Positions 43,944 through 56,088 of a DNA stretch of 64,000 bases are shown piece after piece. Where the stretch lies: assembly GCA_951406725.2 (NCBI GenBank), contig OX597816.1:63364001-63428000 (forward strand). Reading direction: 5' to 3'. This DNA is from Octopus vulgaris. Lineage: Eukaryota. The notes below the pieces were generated by a model, which did not search any database, was not told the origin of the DNA, and was given only the letters and a program-made list of their open reading frames with translations. Within the stretch, counting starts at the first letter, position 1, and every line of letters starts with the position of its first letter. The translations under genes were made by a program, and so were the position numbers.

Positions 43944-45060
43944 CAGGAGTTGGACAAAATAATGGAAACACCTGAAAATTTCAAACAAATTTATTTTAAT
44001 ATGGGGTACGACCGCCTTTGGCAATAATTACAGCTTGAATTTAGCAAGATATGGACTCGTACAAAGTTTGAATTGTTTCCAAAGGAATTTTTGTCCATTC
44101 TTCGACAAAAACAGTCTCCAGTTCTTGTAGTGATGATGGTGGAGGATATCAACTTCTTACTTGTTTTTCTAAAATGCACCATAAATGTTCAATAATATTG
44201 AGATCTGGGGATTGTAGTGGCCAGATAAGATGTTCAGTTTCATTAGAATGTTCCCCGTACCACTCAGTAACAACTTTAACTGTGTGAATTGGTGCATTAT
44301 CATCATGAAAGATTGAGTTTCCCTCCAGAAACAGCTCCGCAACCATAGGATGAATTTGATCAGATAAAATGCTTAAATAGTCTTGACTATTAATTCTGCC
44401 ATGAAAGGAAACCATTGAGCAGACGGATTTCTAAGATATAGCCCCACCACCAGATCATCACAGACACTCCTCCATGTTAAACAGTTGGAAGAATGCAATC
44501 TGGGTCAAATGCTTCTTTTGACTGTCTCCACATGTATACTCGGCCAGTGGTTGGAAATAAGGTAAAGATGACTCGTCCGAGAAAATAACATTCTTCCACT
44601 ACTCTAGGGACCAATTCTGTAGGTTTTTACTCCACTCTAAACGCTTTGCAATGTTTGTTTTTGAAAGTAGTGGTTTTCTGATTGCAGCCCTCCCGTGAAA
44701 TCCGGCTTTGTGCAGCGCCCGGCGAAGAGTTTTTGTGGAAACTGGGTTCTCGAGGTGGTCATTAATCTCTGCAGTAATTTTGGGAGCTGTACTTTTGTGA
44801 TCCTTTTTAACAATTAGTGTAAGAATATGACGGTCCCTATCTGAAACTTTTTGTTTTCTTCCGGAGTTTTGCTTCAGCGAGGAGGTTTTTCCCTCTTTCT
44901 CAAAGGCTGTTATTACTTTCGAGAAAGTCAAACATTTCAGCTGTTTTCGTTACGCTAGCGCCTGTCATACGAGCACCAATAATTTGATCTCTTTGAAAGT
45001 TCGATAGATCTGTCATTTTAATGAATTTTAATTACCTTTTTCTGATGATATCTGAAAAGA
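43944..45060 (-). mobile_element. Tc1/mariner element with DD36E transposase pseudogene (ORF ~45016 to 43996); one TIR retained
   Basis: TA + CAGGAGTTGGACAAAATAATGGAAACAC end. Minus strand reads MTDLSNFQRDQIIGARM, HTH region, RKPLLS, FSDES, FHDDNAPIH...SPDLNIIEHLW, ...KGGRTPY*, with stops and frameshifts. Confidence 0.93.
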
Positions 45061-46699
45061 AACAGATGTTTCTCCAGATATTTTTGACCATTGAGTTTGC
45101 CTATTATCTCTTCGAGGTTACTAAAATAATGTATCAGTCAAGTACTGGAGCTGAGGTAATCAACTTCCCCATCCCTCAAATTTTCTGGCCTTGAACCCAG
45201 CAGCAGACTGGCGTTCCGATCAGGGGGAATGTTGTGATCTCCGTCACTTAAATACCATGGAAACGTTGTAAAAAAGCTTTATGAGTTCTAGGGTTCGAGA
45301 AAAATAAATCATATGTGGAACATTGATGCATAGTGATGCAGAAGCATGTGCCAGCCGTTATCCATGAACAGGTATGGCCTGGTTACACGTACCGTGCTTT
45401 TGCTAATTGTTTTAGGTACCTATATAATCACGTGTAGACGTAGTCACCCTCTGGACTTCTCATCTTGTGACCCTCTCGCACATCCAGGACGTGACAGCAG
45501 AGGGAGGAAGAGCTGTACAAGTATTCAGTTGGTGCACATTTTCTGTTGAGTAGACTGAAGCAACATGAAATGATGTGCTTTGCTCTGGGACACAACGCAT
45601 CGCCTGGGACAGAAATTGAATCCACAATAATGTGATCGTAAACTGAAAACACTAACCACTAGATCGTATAATCTGATATCTATGTTTGTGTTACTTGTGA
45701 TTCGGCAAAGCTCTACAGTGATTTCTAGATGTACAAGAAATAACATATTTATCCCTACCGACTTGAATATTGAGGCATGCATCAGATAGTGTAATAGTCC
45801 GAAATATTGAATGCTCGAAAGACGGAAGGATCATGGCTGGAATGCAAGAACGCCTTTCATGATAAGTCTGTTCAATCAGAGTTGACTTGGCGCTAAACCA
45901 CATCTTGTTGTTTGTTCTACTTAAACTGTTGCAAGTCAAGACCTTTATGATAGACACGAAGAGAGAATGATGTTATGGGAACGAATGAAGAAAGGACTGG
46001 ATGTCGTAGTTATACAGAGATTGGAAGTTGGACAAAACACTGGTGATCAGAGGTGGGTGAGAGTGGATTTAAGGAGGTCACTTTCCATCAATATGGTTTC
46101 GTGTTTGATCCCACTACAGAGAAACCTGTGAGAGTGGCTAAATAGGGGTGGCAATAGACCTGTCAGTTTCTCTGAGTAGACTCCAGTATAGTAACAGTGG
46201 AAAAAGTAAAGCGAGTAGATAGCACACTTGATGAGAAGAAGCTGGAGTGTGGTTATTAGTCGAGTGGCCTTTCTCTGAATGCGGTCTAAGGTGTCTTCGT
46301 GTGAAGCAATAACAACAACAGCAAGAGCAGCCGTTCAAGAATTTGGACCTGGAGATCTCCATTTCCAGCGACTTCGAGGGCCACCTCCCAGTGGGTTCGG
46401 GCGTCAACGAAGAGCCCTCGACTACAACAAGACGACCAAATGCCCCCCCCCCCCCCCAACAGACGCTCTGGCCAATGACCCTTTCCTTTTCCTTCGGATC
46501 TGGAAAAGTGGACTTCCGCTCCCGACCTGCCAGACGTCTCTCAACCCACAGAACGGACGCAATGAAATCCCCCTTACCCGTCTTGTTGCTTAACAACAAT
46601 AACATAAGCAACAGCAGTCTCAACAGCACTGTCCCAGTGTAGGAGCAGAACCCCACTGTGGGTAGGTGTTGCTTGAACTTCGCAGAGTATCAATAATCG

Positions 46700-47545
46700 T
46701 GGTGAGTGATGTATTACATGGTCCGCTTGAGCTCAGTCAGTCTTTGAGCTTAACATTAAGAAGAATTTACATTTTTTAATTACAAGATCCATAACTCGGA
46801 CATCAAGACTGGAAAGATACTAACATCTACTGATAAGTTCAACATTAACAGTGACCCTAAAAGGAACGATGGCAGCAGAAACTTAAGGTCAGTCCAGATA
46901 GTTTTTGAAGCGTTGCATCGTATCACTCAGACAACACTTACTGAACAATAAAGACAGGAATGAGTACCTTACATATACTCAACAGCGAAAATTAATAACA
47001 TATGAGATTTGGTGAAAATCTCTTGAATAGGGGTATTTAGTGGTCTCATGTGAACTGACGTTAGCTTAAATAGAAACTTGGAGAGGAAATACTCATCTCA
47101 CAAACGGAAATTTAAGCATGGGTACTGATCTCGCTAGTAAGAGAATACCAAATACATTTGGTAAAAACAGTAGCTTCCCCTGGATCGGTGATAACTACAG
47201 CACATCATTCCTTCACGACTATGCTTTTGATTTCCAAGAAAAGAAAAATTTCTTCTAAATATCTGATCAACAGGAGGGATAAGCTTTCTTGTTGTGAGAG
47301 AAAATGTCAATTTTGCAATATCTCACCATCATCAGCCGTCTAAGACATTTGCATGATACTACCTTCCAATGAGACATGACATTGTTGTTAAAACCATCTG
47401 TAATGCTAACCCTAGAACGAATTGTCCCGACTACTATAACAGATGTACATCAGAGCCAAGATGTACCCAGGCTTTTAAAAATAAGAATACACGAGGAAGA
47501 AAACATAGGAATGTGATCATACTCGATAGCGAGTCTAAAACTTCT
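46700..47545 (+). mobile_element. Decayed 3' part of an RLE-type (R4/Dong-like) non-LTR retrotransposon
   Basis: Fragmented translation KHG..., SSKYLINRRD, CQFC zinc-finger remnant, YYLPMRHDIVVK (RHD motif) and a KH..VIILD..K RLE-like remnant. Confidence 0.55.
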
Positions 47546-47574
47546 ATATACATGTATGTATATTATGCGCTTAG

Positions 47575-47915
47575 TGAAGGCGCATGGCTCAGTGGTTAGA
47601 GCGTCGAGCTTACGATCGTGAGGTTCCGAGTTCGATTCCCGGACCGGGCTGCGTGTTGTGTTCTTGAGCAAGACACTTTATTTCACGTTACTCCAGTTAA
47701 CTCAGCTGTAGGAATGAGTTGCGACGTCACAGGTGCCAAGCTGTATCGGCCCCTTTGCCTCTCCCTTGGATAACATCAATGGTGTGGAGAGGGGAGGCTG
47801 GTATGCATGGGCGACTGCTGGCCTTCCATAAACAACCTTGCCTGGACTTGTGCCTCGGAGGGTAACTTTCTAGGTGCAAACCTATGGTCATTCATGACCG
47901 AAGGGGGTCTCCCTT
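47575..47915 (+). mobile_element. Young family C SINE
   Basis: GGCGCATGGCTCAGTGGTTAGAGCG A box, GAGTTCGATTCCC B box, GTTGTGTTCTTGAGCAAGACACTT core-like segment. Confidence 0.88.
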
Positions 47916-48439
47916 ATTACGCGCTTAAAAGATGATGATGGCTGTCCACTTTTGATTGAGAAAAAGCGTCACTGACCATTGCCCATGTAAAATGCCAGCA
48001 ATGCCCGTGCAAAATTTTAGAACCAATATGACTAGCACATCTCAGAGACATGATCCAGAGATAAACCAAGGTAAGGTATCTAGTGACAATATGGGCCGCA
48101 TGCATACATGCATCTATCCATCCATACATATAGACAGACAGTCAGACAGATGGACGGACAGAACGACAGAACGACAGACAAGTGGACCAACGGGCAGACA
48201 GACAAAGTGAACATTTGTGTAATGCAATCTAGAGAAAGGATAATCCTAACAAGAAAGATTTTAGAAGGTACAGAGATGTGCATGATATAATCATTCATAA
48301 TATAGAAGAATACTGTTAAAACCTCAGTAAGTTACAAGCATAACGAGCAAGATATAATGGTCTGGGACAAAGGAAAGAAATTAAGCCATAGCAGTTAAAA
48401 TCAGTTGACCAGTACAGTGTTAAAGTTTATTTATTATTT

Positions 48440-49990
48440 TTTTTTATTGCCCACAAGGGGATAAACATATTTAATTGAACCCGAAAGGATGAAAGGCAAA
48501 GTCGACCTCGGCGGAATTTGAGCTCAGAACGTAACGGCAGACGAAATACTGCTAAGCATTTCGCCCGGCGTGCTAAGACAGAAACATATGAACCGAATCA
48601 ATAAGAAATCTGCAGTTATACCTCTCTGGTTATAGTTTTATATTCAGCTTATAATACTAGTGTGTTTGAATACGTAATTGCCCCATTGTCGATTTTGAGA
48701 AACTGGGCTTTACTAAAGCAGAAAAAGATAAACAAAACACGCTAACAAGGAAATGAGATTTACAAGTTATTGAAGACATTGAGAAACAAATGTAAAATAC
48801 TTTTGAAACTTAGCATGTAATAACCCTTTCTACTATGGGCCCCCAAGGCCTGAAATTCAGTGGGAGGAGCTAGTCGATTACATCGACCCCAGTGTTCCAC
48901 TGGTACTTATTTCATTGACATTGACACCGAAAGGATGAAAAGCAAAGTCGACATCGGTGGAATTTGAACTCAGAACGTAAACACGGACGAAATGCTGCGA
49001 TGCATTGTGCCTGGCGTGCTAACGATTCTGCCAGCTCGCCGCCTTAACAACAATAATAATAATCCTTTCTACTATAGGCATAAGGGTGGGGTGGGGGTGG
49101 CGGTTTGTCGATTACATTGACCCAGTATGCAACTGGTACTTAAGTTATCGACACCGAAAGGATAAAAGGTAAAATCGATCTCGGCGGAATTTGATCTCAG
49201 AACGTAAAGACAGACGAAATGCCGCGTTGCATTTTGCTCGGTGTGCTAACGATTCTGCCAGCAATAATGGTTTCAAATTTTGACACAAGGGACGGGATGA
49301 GTCGATTACATCGACCTCAATGTTCGACTGATACTTATTTTACCGACCTCGAAAGGCTGAATGGCAAAGTCGACCTCAACGGAATTTGAACTCTCTTATG
49401 GAACGTAGCATTTCGTCCTCTGCGCTAACGACTCTGCCAGCTGCCTTACTTAGCATTTTATAATCCTTTCTACAGTAGGCAGAAGGCCTGAAAATTTGGG
49501 GGAGGGGATAGTCGATTACTTCGACCCTAGTGCGTAACTGGTACTTATGTAATCGACCCCGAAAGAATGAAAGGCAGAGTCGACCTCGGCTGAGTTTGAA
49601 CTCAGAACGTAGTGGCGGATGAAATACCCATTTCTTTACTACCCACAAGGGGCTAAACACAGAGAGGACAAACAAGGACTGACAAACGGATTAAGTCGAT
49701 TACATCGACCCCAGTGCATAACCCCCCGAAAGGATGAAAGGCAAAGTCGACCTCGGCGGAATTTGAACTCAGAACGTAACGGCAGCCGAAATACTGCTAA
49801 GCATTCTGGCTGGCCTGCTAAAGTTTCTGCCAGCTCGCCGCCTTACTTAGCATATAATAATGCTTTCTATTTTTAAGCACAAGGCCTGAAGTTGCGAGGG
49901 AGGGGGCTAGTCGATGTCATCGACCCCAGTGCGTAACTGGTACTTATTTTATCGACCCTAGAAGGCAAAGTTGACCTCAGGCGAATTTGA
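48440..49990 (-). mobile_element. Dense array of family A SINEs, including a dimeric copy (49460-49848)
   Basis: Repeated GAAAGGATGAAAGGCAAAGTCGACCTCGGCGGAATTTGAACTCAGAACG; the dimer is flanked by a TTACTTAGCAT..ATAAT duplication. Confidence 0.88.
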
Positions 49991-50517
49991 ACTTAAGCAT
50001 ATATTTTGAACTTAAGCATAAAATAATGACGCGTAGTCATGTGAATGAATGTCTGTGTATGTATACATGATTCAATCTCTTCTAAACCGCCCTTAGCCTG
50101 AACAATCACTCCAGGCACTGGCACCCTCCGCACCCACCAAGATGAAGAAGCTCATTTACCCGCTATAGACTTAATACTAGGACTCGAGTTAATACCGACG
50201 ACAGCGGCATAAATCAATATATAAAGGCGGCGAGATGGCAGAATCGTTAGCGCAGGAGTGGCTGTGTGGTAAGTAGCTTGCTTACACTTGTCGTAGACGG
50301 ACGTCTTTTTTTTGGCAGTGAGTCAAACGTTTTGTTGAACGTGGATAAATTTTTCTATTGGAATTGTTGTCTATTGTTGAATATTTTTGAAATATTAAAC
50401 ATTGTTGAACTTCGAAAATTTTTGTGCTTTTTCCCTGTGACGGGAGAAAGTAATTGTTGAAATATTGAAATTATTAATATTGAACTTATTAATACTATTA
50501 ATATTGAACTTATTAAA

Positions 50518-50880
50518 GCCGTTGTAGGCTTTATTGTCGTGTCCCCCCCCAGCGGGGGTGGCATTTGAGCTGTTATCAGCATTAAGAGGAAAAAAATATT
50601 ATAGGCTTCCCGTTTTTTGGCGTAAGCAATTTATTATTGCTAGAAAAATTAAATTTTAGCCGTTGTAGGCTCTATTGTGGCATCCGCCACTAGCGTGGGC
50701 GAGATTTGAACTGTTTTCCTCGTTGTGAGGAAAAAATATTATAGGTTTCCCGTTTTTGGGGATTCTATATTTTATTATTGTGTGAAAAAAAAATTAATTT
50801 CGAATGTTGCAGGCTTTGTTGCTGCGTCTCACCCACCAGCAGGGGTGGGATTTGAACTGTTGTCCTCGCTAAGAGGAAAA
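50518..50880 (+). repeat. Three ~142-bp tandem units in the LINE 5' UTR
   Basis: GTTGTAGGCT..ATTGT...CCAGC.GGGGTGG.ATTTGA.CTGTT...GAGGAAAAAA recurs at ~50518, ~50659 and ~50804. Confidence 0.8.
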
Positions 50881-50932
50881 AAAAAGTAAAAAATTTTCTG
50901 GGAAACTTGTGTTTCATTTATTTCGAACGTAT

Positions 50933-52716
50933 ATGTCGGTCGAAATAATCCAAGAAAAGACATAAAAAAAGCAGTAGCCGCTGTGTCTTCAAAACATATT
51001 ATAATTGAAACGGAGAGAATGAAAAAGGAGGGTGGGGATATAAAGATCTCACCCTCCTCTAGTGTTGAAAACCCGAAGAGAAGGACACTCGTTTACAAAA
51101 CGTACTGTCTTTCATCGAAGAAATTCAAGCACTTCGAAAAGTGCGAAATAGAAAAATGCCTGGCCCCTATATGGAAAGATATAAAATACATAGCGAGGGG
51201 CCGGGCATATGGAACAATAGAGGCCAATTCGAGACGGCTGAAAAAGCCCAAGAGCACTCAGTGAGTCCTCTGAAAACGAAAAAGGTGGTGCTGCTCCCAA
51301 CATACACGGGAAGGAGAACAGCACGCGTCTGAATAAACGAAGTACCACCAGAAATTGAGGCAAGGGAGGTGATGGCCGCCCTATTGTATAACAGGACGGA
51401 CAAAATCACCTTCCTCCAAATTACATGCACTGTCCCATAAACTTGGCTAGGGCAGAGCATCTCTGCGATTATTCAAGAAACGCAACAAGACATCGAAATG
51501 TTGCCAGAAAGAGTGCTCTTGAGTGAAGATATTGCCCTCAAGATTCAAGTAGAGGGCAAGGATCTTTTCGGTTTGAACGGCAGTTTTTTCTAGCGGTGTC
51601 ATATGAAATTGTCACCCACAATTATGACCCTAGTATCGATCTATTGCATTTCAATCTGTTTTAGGATTAGGGTTAGTTAGGGTTAGGGGTAGGGGGAAGG
51701 GTATCTTTTTTCTTCACAAATGTAAATAAACCCGGTCTGTTTCTTAAACGAGAGACATATCCATACGGCACAGAATGTTTTTACCTCAATAGACGTCAAT
51801 GATTGGTTGAAATTGCAGAAATTGAAGAAAAAACAACAACAAATATATTACAAACTATAGAATTTTCTCAATAAAGCCAAGAGCAAAAGATGTTTTATAA
51901 GCACATTCTACCAGTATACGAAGTTTAAAAGTGTTTAAAAAACTGTCGTTTAAACCGAAAAGATCCGAGGGCAAAAAGCACACGTGTTTCGAATGTGGCA
52001 ATAGAGGCCACATTCGTGTCGACTGAAATATGGAAAAAACAGAAAATAAGTGCGCAGACATCAGACCCTTCAACTACAGAAAAAGACCCCAAACTCGCAC
52101 AGAAATTAGACCCCACAGAAACAAATACTCCCTCCCCATCATCTGTGGCACCCGCTCCCAAACAAAGCACTCAAAAACCCCAGGCCATGCACGCACCGGT
52201 CCCGACAGAAACAAATGCACCCACCCCTTCTGAAGTAACAATTCCTCTGGAAGACACCGTGGAGTTGACCGAGAGGGAGTTCAAGACACCCAGAAAAAAA
52301 GCGAACACATGCACCTTCCCCATCCATATCCCCACAAAGAAAAAAGAAGAAAAACAGCTCACCACACAGAAAAAAGATCCCGCTTCACTGTCCCAGAAGA
52401 GAAAATAAAAAAGAACAAAGCCGGAACAAAAACCCTGGTAAAGTTTGATACTAGGGATAAATATATTACGGACATTTTAAAAAAGCACCACATCGTGGAG
52501 CTGTTGCAGCAGCCCGAAGGCACGGAAGAGAGATGTGCGTGGAAATCAGAAAATTTGTATAATGAAATGAAGGGTAGGCATCCGAGGACCATCACGAGCA
52601 TCCCGGACCTTCCGTGGTATTTGAAGGAGTTTTTGACGGAGCAGGAGGAAAGGACTGCCTCACGTGTGATGAGGTTAGCCCCAGCATCACCAATAAAAGA
52701 AGAAGTCAAAGACTAA
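50933..52716 (+). pseudogene. LINE ORF1 (gag-like, CCHC knuckle), disrupted
   Basis: After removing the MITE it reads KIQVEGKKHTCFECGNRGHIRVD* (CX2CX4HX4C with the last Cys as TGA), followed by a P/T/K-rich region. Confidence 0.8.
51560..51966. mobile_element. MITE with ~30-bp TIRs, 8-bp TSD and internal TTAGGG-like repeats (possibly Merlin-type)
   Basis: TSD GAGGGCAA at 51552-51559 and 51967-51974; TIR GGATCTTTTCGGTTTGAACGGCAGTTTTTT / AAAAAACTGTCGTTTAAACCGAAAAGATCC. Confidence 0.9.
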
Positions 52717-52745
52717 GTAGAACCCTTGCTTTTCTTTTGTTTTAA

Positions 52746-55700
52746 ATGACTGCACTTAACCTTGGGTGTATGAATGTGCGTGGTCTGAGCTCGAAGTGGA
52801 AGCAAGCTTGTTTCCTCGACGACCTCAGATCACACGATATGCATGTGATGGTTGCTACAGAGACCAAGCTGGACAATCTACAAGCCTTCTCGCCCCTCCT
52901 GAATGACTATGAGAAAATCATGTCTCCTAGCCGGACCGGTTGGCGAAGGGGTGCAGTAGTACTGGTTCGAAAAGACTTGGCTCTGCAGACAAGTAAAGTC
53001 TATGCAGACCCAGAAGGTGGGCTGGTCGTCCTTGATGTGACATACAGCAGTAAGGCCTTCAGGTTGATCGGGATCTATGCACCTTGTGCTAGAGGATTTC
53101 AAACTAATTTTTATCGGCGCCTAGAGAACTTTCTCGTGACGTCGAAGACATTAGTGGTGTTAGGTTACTATAACGCTATTGTTGATGCGCGCATCGATAG
53201 CGTCGGCTCGATCTATAGCAAAGTAAACTCACGCTTCGTGGATCTGCTCAAGCGGTTTCAGCTGGCAGATCGTTACAGACTTGACCATCCGAACGTCCCA
53301 GAGTGGACCTGGATGAGTGGCGACAGAAGGTTCAAGTTCTATTTAGATAGGATAGGGATAAAAACTGCAGAAAAGTCTAGTTTTAGCTGTCCACAGCTTG
53401 TCCAAGTAGCATACACTGACCATAGAATGGTTAAGTGTAGACTGGACATAGTACATTTAAGAGAGGATCCGACTACTGGAAGCTGAACAAGTACAGAGGG
53501 TGTTAACCGGTGCGGTGGTTAATAACCGATGGTGGTTCGCCCTGAAGAGAGCCATTCGTTTTGAGTCTATTAGGTTTAGCCGTCAGCTAAGACTAGATAA
53601 GGCCAGAATGGAAGGGCAACTAGTTAAGGACCTAGAGGAGGCGTTGAAGTTGGGCTCTGCAACTCACATTTTGGCAGCGAGAACGGCCTTGGACCGTCAC
53701 CTCAAAGCCAAACATGAGGGGTGTAGAGTTCGGGCTAAAGTGCGCGCATTGGGATGTGAGGGAATTAATGTTGCTGGATGGGCCTGTACGGTAGAAACCC
53801 AGCGTAGCAATGATGCCACAATTAGGTCTCCCGTGGATGACAATGGGAGTTCGGTCGATGGACGGGACGAGATGTGTGAGGCGATTCACAAGCACTTTGC
53901 CAAGTTGTTTGGGAGTGGCGGGGCGCTGGATCATGGCGAGGGCCTTAGGGACTTCCTGTCTGGCGGCCCGCGTCTCTCAGCACGAGAGGCTGAGTGCTGT
54001 GAAGGGCCAATCACGGCCGAGGAGGTAATTGAGGTACTGGGCGAATGCCCCGAGGAGAAGTCGCCGGGTCTCGATGGTCTGCCTTATGAATTTTACAAAA
54101 CTATTCCAGACTTGTTGGGGCACCTGCTGGCCAGCGTCTACGCCAATTGGCAGCAGAACGAGAGAATTCCCAAGTCTGCGAGTCGGTGGGTGGTGACGTT
54201 GATTAGGAAGGACCCGAGCAAGGGACACGAGATAGGGAACTTCAGGCCCATAACTCTGCTGAACACAGAGCTAAAGATTTTGGCCAAGGCACTAGCGAAA
54301 AGGTTGGCGCGGGTCTTGGACAAACTTGTCGGGGAAGCGCAAACGTGCGTTATCCCGGGCAGGACGATTCACGACAATCTCCACCTTATACGCTACTCTT
54401 TAGAGAGGGTGGCGAAGCTTTCTGGCGCAGGGGGGGGGGTGCACTGGTACATTTAGACCAGTCTAAGGCATTCGATAGGGTTGACCATCGGTACTTGGCG
54501 GCGGTCCTCGAGAAGGCTGGCCTGGGCCCGACCTTCCGCGGTTGGATTGCTGCGTTGTACAGCGACATCGAGTCCGTCGTAAAAATGAATTGTTTCCTTT
54601 CGAAGCTATTCAGGATCGAGCGCTCAGTGCGTCAGGGGTGTCCCCTGTCCCCGCTTTTGTATGTACTGGCTCTCGAGCCATTATTGCGGAAGTTGGAGGC
54701 ACTAGGGGGCGCACCGCATGATCTATGGTGTGGGAGAGGAGCTACGGCGTATGCGGATGACATCTCCATCATCGTGGCGGATGAGGGCCAGCTTCCAGTG
54801 GTGGAAGAGGCTATCAAAAGTTACGAGGCGGTGGCAGGAGCAAAGGTTAACAAGGACAAGTCAATTGGTTTGCAGCTCGGCACCTGGAGGGGCAAGCCGA
54901 TGCCGTCCAATAACGTCGTGGAGCATTGGACGGAAGGTCCTGCTAAGCTGCTCGGAGTCTGGTTCGGGCCAGACCTACAGATAGAGTAAAACTGGAGTAA
55001 GGTGACCAGCAAGATGACTGCTCTAACCCAGACCTGGTCTGGGCAGGCGTTATCCTTGCTAGGAAAGGCGGAGGTGTTGCAGATGTTTATTACATCGGTT
55101 ATCACCTACCGTCTAACCGTGGTGCCTTGCCCCGATTTGTGGCTGAACAAGATGGAGAGAATCCTTTTCCACTTTTTGTGGAAGGGAGGAAAGCCATTCG
55201 TGAAGCGCTCTGTCTGCTGCCAGAAACCGCTAAAGGGTGGGCTAGGGATGTCTTGGCTGAGGATGCGAAAATTTGCTTTAAGGTTGAGGCACCTCTGGCT
55301 TTACCTGGATGGAGGTGTGGTCACCGCACGTTCGGTCCGCAATTAACGTCCTTAACGGACATTGGTAATTGGATGAAGCAGAGACCTAGGCTGGGGACTG
55401 GCAATTGGAGTGCAGCCAGGCACTTCAGCTACTCTCTCGGGCGGGCAATGCCGGCAAAAAGAGTTCCACCGCGGATTTCTATAGCGGGTTTGTGGAGGTT
55501 AAGTCCGAAGACGACTTGGGGGAGACCCTGGGCTACGATGAAAATCAGTTAATCAACATGTTCCGGAGAACTTTCGGGCCAGGGTATCTGGACAATTACC
55601 AGAAATCTCTGGCTTGGCAGTGCTTCCGTGCAGCGTTACCTGTTCGTGATAAACTGTCAAGACACGGAAGTGCCGTCTCGCCGACATGTCCGAGGTGAGG

Positions 55701-56088
55701 GCAGGACAGGGAAACCGTCTTGCACGCATTTGTGGAGTGTCCGGAATTAACGGGACTGATAGTTTTCGCAGAGCAGCTGTTGTCATCGATGGGAAGAGTA
55801 CAGTTATAGGTTGAATCTGTCATCGAGATTGTGCCGCCCCCTTCCCTTAACAGGGAAAGGAAGGCTTGCTTTTTCTGCATAGTAGCCATACTGAAAAAAA
55901 CAGTATGGAAGACGCGTGTGAGAGGCATTGTGTCGGGTACCTTTGTATCCGGCCAGGGATTGGTTAACTTTTTTAGTTACCACCTCAGTAATAAGATCAG
56001 GCTGGAGAAAAGGTACCTGTCACAAGGTAGATTCATAAGATGATGGAAGCCTGTGGCGAGGAAGCTGGGAGTGTTTTGCACCAGGTAA
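52746..56088 (+). pseudogene. LINE ORF2: AP endonuclease, reverse transcriptase and C-terminal zinc finger; frameshifted
   Basis: NVRGL, ETK, YAP, LDRI, TDH (APE); KSPGLDG, FRPITLLN, DQSKAFDRVDH, VRQGCPLSP, YADD at 54750-54761 (RT); CPR*..ETVLHAFVEC. Confidence 0.95.

Noticed and set aside
46138-46656. 172-aa ORF and overlapping ORFs
   Set aside because: No recognisable domain; lies just upstream of a LINE relic and is probably retroelement-derived
47575-47650. tRNA gene
   Set aside because: A and B boxes are present, but the sequence runs into a SINE body shared by several copies; it is a SINE head
51661-51695. Telomere or chromosome-fusion scar
   Set aside because: Short, imperfect and contained within a MITE with TIRs and TSD
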